Position numbers and translations under genes: made by a program. Below, one piece after another: positions 38,653 to 48,287 of a DNA stretch of 64,000 bases. The notes below the pieces were generated by a model. That model worked only from the letters and a program-made list of their open reading frames with translations, was not told the origin of the DNA and ran no database searches. Source of the stretch: an uncultured Planctomycetales bacterium (GTDB lineage: Bacteria > Omnitrophota > Gorgyraeia > Gygaellales > Profunditerraquicolaceae). Positions within the stretch are counted from its first letter, which is position 1, and every line of letters starts with the position of its first letter. The stretch lies in the NCBI GenBank assembly GCA_964545575.1, contig CAZJFL010000002.1:59564-123563 (forward strand). The letters run 5' to 3'.

Positions 38653-39139
38653 TTCTTAACCTCTCGATTTCTTCCAAGTTTCTGACGTCTATGAAATCTT
38701 TCGCTCTTTTAGCCAGTAATTTCAATTTTTTAAGGTGGGCTATGCAAACTACGGGAAAAACCAGGCCTTTTATACTTATTTTCTCTATTCTTTTTTCTAT
38801 ATCGTTAAACTTTATCGGTTCAGTTATAAATGCGTCTACTAATTTTAAATGGTCTTTAAGATGGAAAAATGAAAATACTACCATACCTTTTTTCTGTATC
38901 CACTCTTGGCGCTTTTGTTTATTTTTAAAATCTTCTTTTGTAACCGGAATTTTTGGCCTGTATCCTAAATTATAGAGCGCATCAAAAAACTTATCTAGGT
39001 TCCTTTCGCTTAATTCAACAATTAAATCTAAATCCACGGTTAATCTTGTATAACCATATAAAACAACTGCTACCCCCCCAGCAATTGCATATTTAACTTT
39101 ATTTTTATTTAAAGCTCTAATTACTTCGTTATAATACAT
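38630..39139 (-). CDS. Pol-beta-superfamily nucleotidyltransferase-fold protein (possible toxin-antitoxin or defence component)
   Basis: 169 aa. AIAGGVAVVLYGYTRLTVDLDLIV fits the hG[GS]-x9-13-Dh[DE]h minimal nucleotidyltransferase signature. Embedded in a ~27% GC region. Confidence 0.5.
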   Translation of the reverse strand: MYYNEVIRALNKNKVKYAIAGGVAVVLYGYTRLTVDLDLIVELSERNLDKFFDALYNLGYRPKIPVTKEDFKNKQKRQEWIQKKGMVVFSFFHLKDHLKLVDAFITEPIKFNDIEKRIEKISIKGLVFPVVCIAHLKKLKLLAKRAKDFIDVRNLEEIERLRSEQNKRK

Positions 39140-39208
39140 CTATTGCACCCTATCCTTTAATAATTTATACTCTACGCTATCCACTAAGGCCTGTCCTTCG
39201 ACTTTGCT

Positions 39209-40783
39209 TTAGGACTGCGCTTTTTGATCCTTCAATAATTTATATTCTACACTATCGACCAAAGCTTGCCAGCTGGCTTCGATGATGTTTTCCGAAACAC
39301 CGATGGTGCTCCAGGTATCTTTTTCATCCTGCGATTGGATCAAAACGCGCACCTTAGCGGCAGTGCCTGCTTTTTCATCCAATACGCGCACCTTAAAATC
39401 CGAAAGGTGCATTTTAGAGAGCGCAGGATAAAATTCTTTTAAGGCTTTGCGCAGGGCATTATCCAACGCATTTACCGGGCCGTCTCCATCAGCGGCAGTA
39501 TGCTCCTTGGTACCCCTGACTTTTAGCTTCATGATTGCTTCGGAAGTAATTTTTTTATTTGCTTGTTTTTCCACCACTACGCGGAACCCTTCCAATTCAA
39601 AGAATTTTTTATAAATTTTGAACGCCTTCTTCATCAACAGCTCAAAAGAAGCCTCTGCTGCTTCAAAGTGATAACCCTGGTGTTCGAGTTTCTGAATCAG
39701 CTTAAGGATCCTTTTGGTCTTAGGATCATCTTTGCTGAGATCTAATTTGATATCTTTGGCGCGTAGCAAGATTCCGGTTTTACCCGCCAGTTCCGACATC
39801 AGGACCCGGCGCCTATTTCCTACGAGATCCGGCTCGATATGCTCATAAGTCTTAGGGTTTTTCATCACCGCGTTAATATGCACCCCGCCTTTATGCGCAA
39901 AAGCCGAAGCTCCGGTATAGGGCTGGTCGCTCCTCTGTTTCATATTACTGATTTCGCTGACAAAATGTGATACCTTAGTCAATTCCCTCAATTTATCGTC
40001 TGAAATACAATGCATGCCCAACTTTAATTTAAGGTTGGCGATGATCGGGATTAAATCCGCATTACCGCAGCGCTCTCCATATCCGTTAATCGTCCCCTGC
40101 ACCATATCTGCTCCTGCCTCTACCGCGGCAATAGAATTTGCTACGGCTAAATCCGCATCATTGTGGCAATGAATCCCTAACCAAACCTTAATTTTTGGCC
40201 GGGCCTCCCGGACTACCTTTGAAATTTCAGAAGTCAGGGTTCCGCCGTTAGTATCGCATAAAACTACCGCTCTTGCGCCCGCTTCCTGCGCCGTCATTAG
40301 GCATCTTAAAGAATATCCTGGATTTGCCGCGTAAGCATCAAAAAAATGTTCGGCATCATAAAATACCGTCAGGCCCTTGGAAACTAAAAAGGCAACCGTA
40401 TCTTTAATCATGCTTAAATTTTCTTCCAGGGTCGTCTTTAAAACATCGGTAATATGTAAATCCCAGGTTTTGCCGAAAATTGTAATTACCTGAGCCTGCG
40501 ATTTTACCAACGCCTTAAGGTTAGCGTCATCTAAAGGCTTGGTATGCGGCCTTCTGGTTGAGCCAAAAGCCACGAGCTCCGCATTTTTCAGCCGGGATTT
40601 ACCCATCTTCAGAAAAAACTCCATATCTTTAGGATTTGACCCCGGCCAGCCGCCTTCAATATAATGGACGCCCAGCCTATCCAGTTCGCGGGCAATGGCG
40701 ATCTTATCCATGACCGAATAAGAGATGCCTTCCCCTTGCGCGCCGTCGCGTAAAGTCGTATCGTATAATTTTACCTTGGACAT
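39209..40783 (-). CDS. cimA: (R)-citramalate synthase / 2-isopropylmalate synthase family
   Basis: 524 aa. N-terminus LYDTTLRDGAQGEGISYSVMDKIAIARELDRLGVHYIEGGWPGSNPKDMEFF matches the CimA-type DRE-TIM enzymes. C-terminal LeuA-dimer-like regulatory domain. Confidence 0.8.
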   Translation of the reverse strand: MSKVKLYDTTLRDGAQGEGISYSVMDKIAIARELDRLGVHYIEGGWPGSNPKDMEFFLKMGKSRLKNAELVAFGSTRRPHTKPLDDANLKALVKSQAQVITIFGKTWDLHITDVLKTTLEENLSMIKDTVAFLVSKGLTVFYDAEHFFDAYAANPGYSLRCLMTAQEAGARAVVLCDTNGGTLTSEISKVVREARPKIKVWLGIHCHNDADLAVANSIAAVEAGADMVQGTINGYGERCGNADLIPIIANLKLKLGMHCISDDKLRELTKVSHFVSEISNMKQRSDQPYTGASAFAHKGGVHINAVMKNPKTYEHIEPDLVGNRRRVLMSELAGKTGILLRAKDIKLDLSKDDPKTKRILKLIQKLEHQGYHFEAAEASFELLMKKAFKIYKKFFELEGFRVVVEKQANKKITSEAIMKLKVRGTKEHTAADGDGPVNALDNALRKALKEFYPALSKMHLSDFKVRVLDEKAGTAAKVRVLIQSQDEKDTWSTIGVSENIIEASWQALVDSVEYKLLKDQKAQS

Positions 40784-40791
40784 TTTTTACC

Positions 40792-42015
40792 TCAACTTTT
40801 TTTCAGACCAAACTTTTCATGCAGCGCCCTGACTGCGATTTCCCCGAATTTCTTCTGTATAATACAAGATATACTGATATCGGAAGTAGAGATCATTTCT
40901 ATATTGATTTTATTCCTGGCTAAAGCGTCAAACATAGTAGCCGCTACTCCGGAATGCGATTTCATGCCTACGCCGACTATAGAAACTCTGGAGATAGCCT
41001 GATCTTCTAAGACGTCGCCCGCGCCGATATTTTTGGCGATTCTTTTGGCGACCTTTAATGTTTTTAAGGCATTGGCTTTATTGACGGTAAAAGATATGTC
41101 GGTCTTACGCGTATGACTGACGTTTTGCACGATCATATCCACGCTGATACCGCCTTCGGAGAGTTTCTTAAAAATCTTGGCCGCAATTCCCGGACGGTCA
41201 GGTACATCGCAAACAGTCACCTTAACTTCGTTTTTATTCAGCGTTACGCCTGTTACGACTACGTCTTCCATGCGTTTAGCCTCCTTAATAATCCTAGTTC
41301 CGGTACTTTTAGAAAATGACGAACGCACGTGTATCGGCACGTCAAACTTTTTTGCCACTTCAATGGAGCGCGCCTGCATTACCTGAGCGCCGAGGGATGC
41401 CATTTCCAGCATTTCGTCATAAGTAATCTGGTTTATTTTTCTGGCTCTTTGCTCTATGCGCGGATCGGTAGTATACACCCCTTCTACGTCGGTATAGATT
41501 TCGCATTCCTCTGCGGCTAGTTCTTTTGCCAGGGCTACGGCAGTTAAATCCGAACCGCCTCTGCCTAAGGTAGTGATATCCTGATTCAAGGTAACCCCCT
41601 GAAATCCGGCGACAATCACAATTTTACCTTTTCCAAGCTCCTCTTTTATCTTATCGGCGTTTATTTTGATGATCCGCGCGCGGGTGTGGCTGGCGTCAGT
41701 AATGATACCTACCTGCGCCCCGGTAAAGGAGATTGCCTGATACCCTAATTTATCTATGGCCATGGCCAGAAGCGCTACCGATATCTGTTCTCCCGTAGAC
41801 AAAAGCATGTCCATTTCGCGCTCAGGCGGTTCCAACGTAATTTTACTAGCCAACTCAATCAGCTCGTCGGTAGTGTCGCCGAGGGCTGAAACCACCACTA
41901 CCAGATCATAACCTCTCTTGCGATAGTTCACTACTCTTTTGGCTACATTCTGTATACACTGCGCATTAGCCACAGATGAGCCGCCGAATTTTTGCACAAT
42001 TAACCTCTTAGGCAT
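40792..42015 (-). CDS. lysC: Aspartate kinase
   Basis: 407 aa, amino-acid kinase fold (KFGGSSV) plus two C-terminal ACT domains. Confidence 0.92.
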   Translation of the reverse strand: MPKRLIVQKFGGSSVANAQCIQNVAKRVVNYRKRGYDLVVVVSALGDTTDELIELASKITLEPPEREMDMLLSTGEQISVALLAMAIDKLGYQAISFTGAQVGIITDASHTRARIIKINADKIKEELGKGKIVIVAGFQGVTLNQDITTLGRGGSDLTAVALAKELAAEECEIYTDVEGVYTTDPRIEQRARKINQITYDEMLEMASLGAQVMQARSIEVAKKFDVPIHVRSSFSKSTGTRIIKEAKRMEDVVVTGVTLNKNEVKVTVCDVPDRPGIAAKIFKKLSEGGISVDMIVQNVSHTRKTDISFTVNKANALKTLKVAKRIAKNIGAGDVLEDQAISRVSIVGVGMKSHSGVAATMFDALARNKINIEMISTSDISISCIIQKKFGEIAVRALHEKFGLKKS

Positions 42016-43588
42016 ATTTTCTCCTTAATGCAATTATTACTTCGTAGACCATAAATCCGGCCAAGACGATTAAAATTCCGCATACAACCAGAAGCACTAT
42101 GTCTTTCTGGCCGAAATATCTGATTGTCTGTAACACTAATGACGCCAGCGTCGTAATCAGCATAAAAAAAGCCGGGATAAGCACCATCTTCGCCGGTTTC
42201 TTCTTCGCTAATAACCAACAGCTGAGTACAAATAAAGCTAAGGCCGCAACCAGCTGATTGGAGGCCCCGAATGCCGGCCAGATCTTCTGCCACCGGCCGC
42301 TAAAAGCAAGGCCGGCGCTTAAAATCAAAATAAATAAAGTAGATAGATAGCGGTTTTTTATTCCGAATAATTCCTCGGTCAAATAACGCGATATTCTCGT
42401 CGCCGTATCCAACGTAGTCAAGATAAAAGCATTAAGTATGGTAATGGCGATAAAGGGCCCGTAATTCGCCAAGATTCCGCTGGTAATCCGGCCGTAGCCT
42501 TTGGCAAAGATGCCTATAGGCCCGCTTGTTTTTAAGGCCGCTGCAAGCCCTTCCTTATCGCTAAAGAGAATGGCTGCCGCAATTATCGCCAGCACTGCCA
42601 CCAGGCCTTCTGTAATCATTGCGCCGTAGCCGATTCTTTTAGCATAGCGTTCGTTGGCAATCTGTTTTGAAGAGGTGCCGCTGGAAATCAAAGCGTGGAA
42701 TCCCGAAACCGCACCGCAGGCAACGGTGACAAATAATGCCGGCCAGAGGTACCCTTCGCTTGTCCCCCATTTATGATAAGCAGGCATCTGTATTTGCGGA
42801 CGCGATAATATTATCCCTAAGTAACCGACGCCTGCGCCAAAAAATAATAAAAAACTGCAAAGGTAATCCCGCGGCTGTAAAAGCAAGTTAACCGGTAAAA
42901 CCGAGGCAAAATAACAATAGGTCAATAAAATTGCCAGCCATACAATCAATCCGCCTTTAATAGGTAAAGCATTGCCTAAAAATATTAAAGCTACTAAGCT
43001 GGTTAATCCGAAAACCGTAGCTAACACCATATTTATTCTTATATTATATAAAAAATATCCCACCAGCATTGCCAAGGGAATAAGGCCTAGGGACGGCAGC
43101 ACTATTTTAGGTTCCTTAACAAAGGTATCTGCGCACAGGTAGGCAAAGACAGCAATAACTAAGATCAAAGCCAGCCAGACGAATAAACAAAAAATCAGCT
43201 TTGCCCGGCGGGAGATTACGTGTTCTGCGATATCGGCAACCGAAGAGCCGCCTTCCCTTACCGAAGTAATCAAGGCGCCGAAATCATGTACTCCGCCGAT
43301 AAAAATCGAACCTAAGATGACCCAGACTAAAGCCGGCAGCCAACCCCAAAGCATTACCGCAATTACCGGCCCGATGATCGGCCCGGCCCCGGCAATCGAA
43401 GAAAAATGATGCCCGAATAAAACCAGCCAGTTTTTCGCCGGGATATAGTCTACGCTGTCATATTTAGAATAGGCCGGCGTTGACCTTTTAGGGTCGATCG
43501 CCCAAAGCGCTACCACTTTTGCGGCATAAAATTTATATGCCCAAAAAAATAAAATTCCAGAAATAGCTACAATGATTAAAGAGTTCAT
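42008..43588 (-). CDS. cstA: Carbon starvation protein A family transporter
   Basis: 526 aa polytopic membrane protein with CstA N-terminal conservation (LFGHHFSSIAGAGPIIGPV). Confidence 0.88.
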   Translation of the reverse strand: MNSLIIVAISGILFFWAYKFYAAKVVALWAIDPKRSTPAYSKYDSVDYIPAKNWLVLFGHHFSSIAGAGPIIGPVIAVMLWGWLPALVWVILGSIFIGGVHDFGALITSVREGGSSVADIAEHVISRRAKLIFCLFVWLALILVIAVFAYLCADTFVKEPKIVLPSLGLIPLAMLVGYFLYNIRINMVLATVFGLTSLVALIFLGNALPIKGGLIVWLAILLTYCYFASVLPVNLLLQPRDYLCSFLLFFGAGVGYLGIILSRPQIQMPAYHKWGTSEGYLWPALFVTVACGAVSGFHALISSGTSSKQIANERYAKRIGYGAMITEGLVAVLAIIAAAILFSDKEGLAAALKTSGPIGIFAKGYGRITSGILANYGPFIAITILNAFILTTLDTATRISRYLTEELFGIKNRYLSTLFILILSAGLAFSGRWQKIWPAFGASNQLVAALALFVLSCWLLAKKKPAKMVLIPAFFMLITTLASLVLQTIRYFGQKDIVLLVVCGILIVLAGFMVYEVIIALRRKYA

Positions 43589-44787
43589 GCCTCCCCTTTA
43601 ATAAAATAATCCATTAACTCATGGCCTTTATCAAAATAAAGGCTGGACTTTTCTGATTCTTTCTCGCAGTATTTAGCGAAATTACCCGCGGCTACCCCCT
43701 GCCCATAGATACCGAAAAGTACGGCGTCCGCAACATGGGTGCGCACGGAAACAGGCGTGGCATGGTCAGGCATGACTAAAATCCGGAAATTATGGTTGCG
43801 CTTGGAACCTTCTAATATCGTACCCACTACCAGCTGATCGAATCTTTCAATAGCGGTAATTTTTTCCCTCAGATCTCCGTTATGCCCGGCTTCATCCGGA
43901 GCTTCCACATGCACGAAAACAAAATCTTTGCTCTTCAGCGATTTTAAAGCGGCCTTGGCTTTGGCTTCGTAATCCGTATCATAATAACCGGTAGCCCCCG
44001 GGACATTGATTACCTCCAACCCCAATATCCTACCCAGCCCTTTAATTAAATCCACCGCTGAAATAACGCTACCGGTCAGGCCGTATTTATCGATGAACCT
44101 CTGCATCGCCGGCCTCTTGCCCTGTCCCCAGAGCCAGATCATATTCGCCGGATTCTCTTTTAAATCTATTCTGACTAGATTTATCTCGTGATTCTCCAGG
44201 ACCCCGCAGGACCGCTGCATTAAATCAATCAAAATATCCGCATTTTCTCCCCGGGGTAAGTTTTTATTGACTTCCTGACCGGAAATATCATGCGGCGCCT
44301 TGCACTGTACGCTTTCTAATCCCTGTCCGGCTCCCCCTTTGAATAAAGCTAGATGCCGGTAGCTGACGCCGGGATAAAACTTAATCCTCTCTGTACCTAA
44401 ACTTTTATCTATGGACTCAATCAGGATGCCGGCTTCCTCGGAGCTGATATGGCCAGAGCTATAATCTAACAGCTTACCTTGAGAAACTGTGACCAGGTTG
44501 CAGCGGAAGGCAACATCACCTTCTTTTAATTCTATTCCCAGATTCGCCGCCTCAAGCGGGCCTCTGCCGGTATAAACCTCTTTAGGGTTATAGCCGAAAA
44601 TAGAAACATTGGCAACGTCGGAACCGGGAGTCATTTTATCGGGAATTGTCTTTACGCGGCCGAGGGTACCGTGGCTGGCAATAAAATCCATATTGGGAGT
44701 GCGCGCTACCTCAAGAGGCGTTCTGCCATCCAGCTCTTTAATAGGGTAATCCGCCATGCCGTCACCGACTAAGACTATATATTTCAT
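43585..44787 (-). CDS. apgM: Cofactor-independent phosphoglycerate mutase, archaeal type (ApgM family); candidate homoserine kinase analogue
   Basis: 400 aa with metalloenzyme superfamily motifs (VLVGDGMADYP ... FRCNLVTV ... HVEAPDEAGHNGD). Lies in the hom-thrC cluster, which lacks a GHMP-type thrB. Confidence 0.8.
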   Translation of the reverse strand: MKYIVLVGDGMADYPIKELDGRTPLEVARTPNMDFIASHGTLGRVKTIPDKMTPGSDVANVSIFGYNPKEVYTGRGPLEAANLGIELKEGDVAFRCNLVTVSQGKLLDYSSGHISSEEAGILIESIDKSLGTERIKFYPGVSYRHLALFKGGAGQGLESVQCKAPHDISGQEVNKNLPRGENADILIDLMQRSCGVLENHEINLVRIDLKENPANMIWLWGQGKRPAMQRFIDKYGLTGSVISAVDLIKGLGRILGLEVINVPGATGYYDTDYEAKAKAALKSLKSKDFVFVHVEAPDEAGHNGDLREKITAIERFDQLVVGTILEGSKRNHNFRILVMPDHATPVSVRTHVADAVLFGIYGQGVAAGNFAKYCEKESEKSSLYFDKGHELMDYFIKGEA

Positions 44788-44804
44788 TTTAAGTAACTAG
44801 TAAA

Positions 44805-45434
44805 TTAGTAACTGGTAACTAGTAATTTTATTAAACGACCTGCTAATTCTTTTTTATTCTTTACCTTAATAATGCCGGATCCCCTGCCGATAATAAATGC
44901 CCGATAAGGATTAATCCTGTTTGCTACCACCACTTCGGCTTTTAGTTTCTGGCGCGCTAATTTTGCCCTTTGTATCAAAGCTTTATCGATGACCTGCGGC
45001 TCTAGCTTAAAGATGACTAATTTTGCCTTAGGGCTTGCTGCCCTGATTTCTCTGGCAATCTTAGGCAAAGGGGTTAACTTTAAAGTATGGCTTCTAAGGG
45101 AGGAAATCTTTCCCCCGGATCTCCTGACCGGTTTAAAATCAGAAACCGCGGCATTGTGCACGATAATATCGTATTTATTTATACGCAGCTCTTGTTTTAG
45201 CCGGTTTCTTAATTCATCAAAGAACTTAAAATTTACTAACCTGATGCGCTTATCTATAGAGCAAGAACTTACCGGGCCTAAGAATAAAGTTACGCGCGCG
45301 CCAAGTCTGGTTAATTTTTCCGCCAGTAAAATCCCGGTTTGGCCGCTTGCTATATTACTGATTACCCTGACGCTGTCTATCGGAACCCAAGTGGGGCCGG
45401 CGGTTATCAGAATCCTTTTATTTTTAAAACTCAT
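44805..45434 (-). CDS. coaB: Phosphopantothenate--cysteine ligase (stand-alone CoaB domain)
   Basis: 209 aa, ILITAGPTWVPIDSVRVISNIASGQTG matches the CoaB signature. No CoaC flavoprotein domain. Confidence 0.75.
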   Translation of the reverse strand: MSFKNKRILITAGPTWVPIDSVRVISNIASGQTGILLAEKLTRLGARVTLFLGPVSSCSIDKRIRLVNFKFFDELRNRLKQELRINKYDIIVHNAAVSDFKPVRRSGGKISSLRSHTLKLTPLPKIAREIRAASPKAKLVIFKLEPQVIDKALIQRAKLARQKLKAEVVVANRINPYRAFIIGRGSGIIKVKNKKELAGRLIKLLVTSY

Positions 45435-45437
45435 GTA

Positions 45438-46505
45438 CTAATAACCAATTTCTTTCAATACTGCTTTTAATTCTGGTTTCACAACTTTCGGCTCTTCGAT
45501 GCTCTTGATCGCCCTGTCCGGATCTTTCAGCCCGTGGCCGGTCAAGATGCAGACGACTTTTGCCGGCTGCTTAAAATACCCTTGTTTTACCAACTTCAAT
45601 AATCCCGCGACTGAAGCAGCCGAGGCCGGTTCTACAAAAATCCCTTCTTTTGCCGCTAACAGTTTATAGGCATCTAATATTTCCTCGTCGGAAACCATCT
45701 CAATTAACCCGCCGGATTCATCGCGCGCTGCTTCTGCCTGTTTCCAGCTGGCCGGATTTCCGATGCGTATAGCGCTAGCTATAGTCTTTGGTTCTTTAAC
45801 CGGGTGGCCGCGCACAATGGGTGCGGCTCCCTCTGCCTGGAATCCCAGCATTTTAGGCAGGCTTTTGATTTTACCTTCGGCCTGATATTCTTTATACCCC
45901 TTCCAGTAAGCGGTGATATTTCCGGCATTACCCACCGGCATTGCTTGAAAATCCGGCGGCTCGCCCAGAAAATCACAAATTTCAAAGCTGGCTGTTTTTT
46001 GCCCCTCAATACGGAAAGGATTCAGAGAGTTAACCAGGGTAATCGGATATTTTTTAGTAATCTCTCTGGCCAGTTCAAGCGCGTCGTCAAAATTACCTTC
46101 GACTGCCAAAACCTTAGCGCCATGGATAAGCGCCTGGCTTAATTTTCCTAAGGCAATGGCACCGCTGGGAATAAGCACGATGCACTTAATTCCGGCGGCT
46201 GCCGCATAGGCTGCGGCGGAAGCTGAAGTATTTCCGGTAGAGGCGCACATCACTGCCTTTGCCCCTTCTTCGCAGGCCTTTGAAATTGCCATGGTCATAC
46301 CCCTATCCTTAAAGGAACCGGTGGGGTTTAACCCTTCATACTTTAAATAAACCCTAAAGCCCTTCCCCATTAATCCGCTCAAATGCGCGGCCTCTAACAG
46401 CGGGGTATTCCCTTCCTGTAAACTGATCACCGGGGTTTTGTCTGTTACGGGCAGATATTTGCGGTATCTGGCAATTACTCCTAGGTATTTTTTGTTTTCT
46501 ATCAT
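45438..46505 (-). CDS. thrC: Threonine synthase
   Basis: 355 aa PLP fold-type II enzyme, GNTPLLEA...SFKDRGMT motif. Confidence 0.92.
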   Translation of the reverse strand: MIENKKYLGVIARYRKYLPVTDKTPVISLQEGNTPLLEAAHLSGLMGKGFRVYLKYEGLNPTGSFKDRGMTMAISKACEEGAKAVMCASTGNTSASAAAYAAAAGIKCIVLIPSGAIALGKLSQALIHGAKVLAVEGNFDDALELAREITKKYPITLVNSLNPFRIEGQKTASFEICDFLGEPPDFQAMPVGNAGNITAYWKGYKEYQAEGKIKSLPKMLGFQAEGAAPIVRGHPVKEPKTIASAIRIGNPASWKQAEAARDESGGLIEMVSDEEILDAYKLLAAKEGIFVEPASAASVAGLLKLVKQGYFKQPAKVVCILTGHGLKDPDRAIKSIEEPKVVKPELKAVLKEIGY

Positions 46506-47797
46506 AGTTCTTCCATCCTTATCGCTACCGACTTCTGCTTAATCACTTCCAGACGGTTAATGATGGAGAGCGCATCGCGCAAATCCTTCTCCTTTGCCTG
46601 ATGGATGATCATCACTATCGGCACGATGTCGCCTTTATTCCTTTCCTTCTGGGTCACCGAAGCGATACTAATCCCGTATTTGGCCAGGACCCCGGATATT
46701 TTAGCTAATACGCCGGGCTTATCCTGAGCCATAAAACGGATATAATAACGGCTTTCGGATTCGTGGATACGCCGCAGTTTCTTGATAGATTTATCCACGG
46801 TGATGTTTAGCGTCGGCCTGAATAATCCCGCGGTGATCCCCTGAGCCAATCCCACTAAATCCGAGACTACGCCTGAGGCGGCCGAAAGCTGCCCTGCCCC
46901 GGGGCCGTAGAATAACAAATCTCCGGCCAGATCGCTTGATACATAGATAGCATTAAATACGCCGCCTACGGATGATAAAAGATGGCCTTTGGCTATCAGC
47001 GTGGGATGGACCCTGACCTCTAATTCACTGCCTTCTTTTTTGGCTATCGCTAGCAGTTTGATTTCAAAACCCAATTCTTTGGCGTAATTAACGTCTGCCA
47101 GAGAAATCTGCGCTATCCCCTCAATAAATATATCGTCCAGGGCCACTAACCTTCCGAAACACAAATAAGTAAGCAGGATCAATTTATGCGCCGAATCTAT
47201 ACCCTCGATGTCTAAAGTCGGATCTTTTTCCGCAAAGCCCTTCTTCTGCGCCTGACGCAGGGCATCGCCAAAGGTGTAATTCTTGGCGGACATCTCGGAT
47301 AAAACAAAATTAGAAGTGCCGTTTACTATGCCGAAGATACTATAAAAATTATTAGCGACCAAGCCTTCGCGCAAAGACTTGATAATCGGGATGCCTGCTG
47401 CGACGGAGGCTTCAAAATAAATACTCTTGCCCCGGTCCCGAGCAAGCGCAAACAGCTCGGCGCCCTTCTCTGCCAGGAGCGCTTTATTGGCGGTGACGAC
47501 GCTTTTACCCTTTTTTAATGCCTCGGCTATATATTCTCTGGCCGGATGTATCCCGCCGATCAACTCCACGATAATATCTATCTGCGGGTCGTTGATCACT
47601 ACCCCCGCATCCTTAGTCAGCAGGCTTTTATCAACGGCCACATTCCTCTTAGAACTTAAATCCTGGTCACAGATCTTCTTTACAACTATCTCTAAGCCCG
47701 TCTTTTCGCTTAAAACAGCTTTTTTCTCCCGCAATATCCTGACTACGCCGGAACCGACATTGCCGAACCCGATCAAGCCAATGTTGATCTTTCTCAT
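46502..47797 (-). CDS. hom: Homoserine dehydrogenase
   Basis: 431 aa, N-terminal NAD-binding [12 protein letters not shown], catalytic domain, C-terminal ACT domain. Confidence 0.92.
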   Translation of the reverse strand: MRKINIGLIGFGNVGSGVVRILREKKAVLSEKTGLEIVVKKICDQDLSSKRNVAVDKSLLTKDAGVVINDPQIDIIVELIGGIHPAREYIAEALKKGKSVVTANKALLAEKGAELFALARDRGKSIYFEASVAAGIPIIKSLREGLVANNFYSIFGIVNGTSNFVLSEMSAKNYTFGDALRQAQKKGFAEKDPTLDIEGIDSAHKLILLTYLCFGRLVALDDIFIEGIAQISLADVNYAKELGFEIKLLAIAKKEGSELEVRVHPTLIAKGHLLSSVGGVFNAIYVSSDLAGDLLFYGPGAGQLSAASGVVSDLVGLAQGITAGLFRPTLNITVDKSIKKLRRIHESESRYYIRFMAQDKPGVLAKISGVLAKYGISIASVTQKERNKGDIVPIVMIIHQAKEKDLRDALSIINRLEVIKQKSVAIRMEEL

Positions 47798-47800
47798 AAA

Positions 47801-48154
47801 TTATCCTTTCTTCAGATAATACTCTATGGTATCGGTCATTACTTTTCTATGGTTTTCATCTACCGCTAAAAACTGCAGCCGGGTGTCATAAATCAGGGCT
47901 TTGGTGATTTCGCGCGAGTCGACGACCCTGCCGATGACCATAATCGGATGCGGGTCAAAGGGAAGCCGTATTTCTAAGGCCAGGTTCGTTCCCGGGCTAA
48001 ACTGCTTATTTGTGGTCAGGAGCATGCCGCCTAAACTTAAGTTTTTGGTCTGCGAGATGTCGATACTGTTATTTTCTTCCAGCATCCGGTAGGAAACGAT
48101 AAAACGGGCAGATATCCGCGGATGTTTTCTTCTTTCCAGCCCTGAGTAACCCAT
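47801..48154 (-). CDS. PilZ domain protein (c-di-GMP receptor family)
   Basis: 117 aa, RRKHPR and DISQTKNLSLGG motifs (RxxxR ... DxSxxG). Confidence 0.8.
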   Translation of the reverse strand: MGYSGLERRKHPRISARFIVSYRMLEENNSIDISQTKNLSLGGMLLTTNKQFSPGTNLALEIRLPFDPHPIMVIGRVVDSREITKALIYDTRLQFLAVDENHRKVMTDTIEYYLKKG

Positions 48155-48197
48155 CTCGACCTCCTTTTTATAGCCTCTTTAAATTCAATTTATCACA

Positions 48198-48268
48198 AGC
48201 GAGCGATCGGAATCGAACCGACATATATAGCTTGGAAGGCTATTGTTCTACCATTGAACTACGCTCGC
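48198..48268 (-). tRNA. tRNA-Gly (anticodon TCC)
   Basis: Manual fold: GCGAGCG acceptor, anticodon loop CTTCCAA, T-loop TTCGATT. Confidence 0.85.
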
Positions 48269-48287
48269 ATCGTTGCTTGAATCCCGT

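Noticed and set aside
38568-38975. Plus-strand 135 aa ORF in the AT-rich island
   Set aside because: It is a low-complexity hydrophobic translation. The antisense minus-strand ORF carries a recognisable nucleotidyltransferase motif and matches the orientation of every other gene.
42000-42293. 97 aa minus-strand ORF
   Set aside because: Alternative frame inside cstA with no supporting features.
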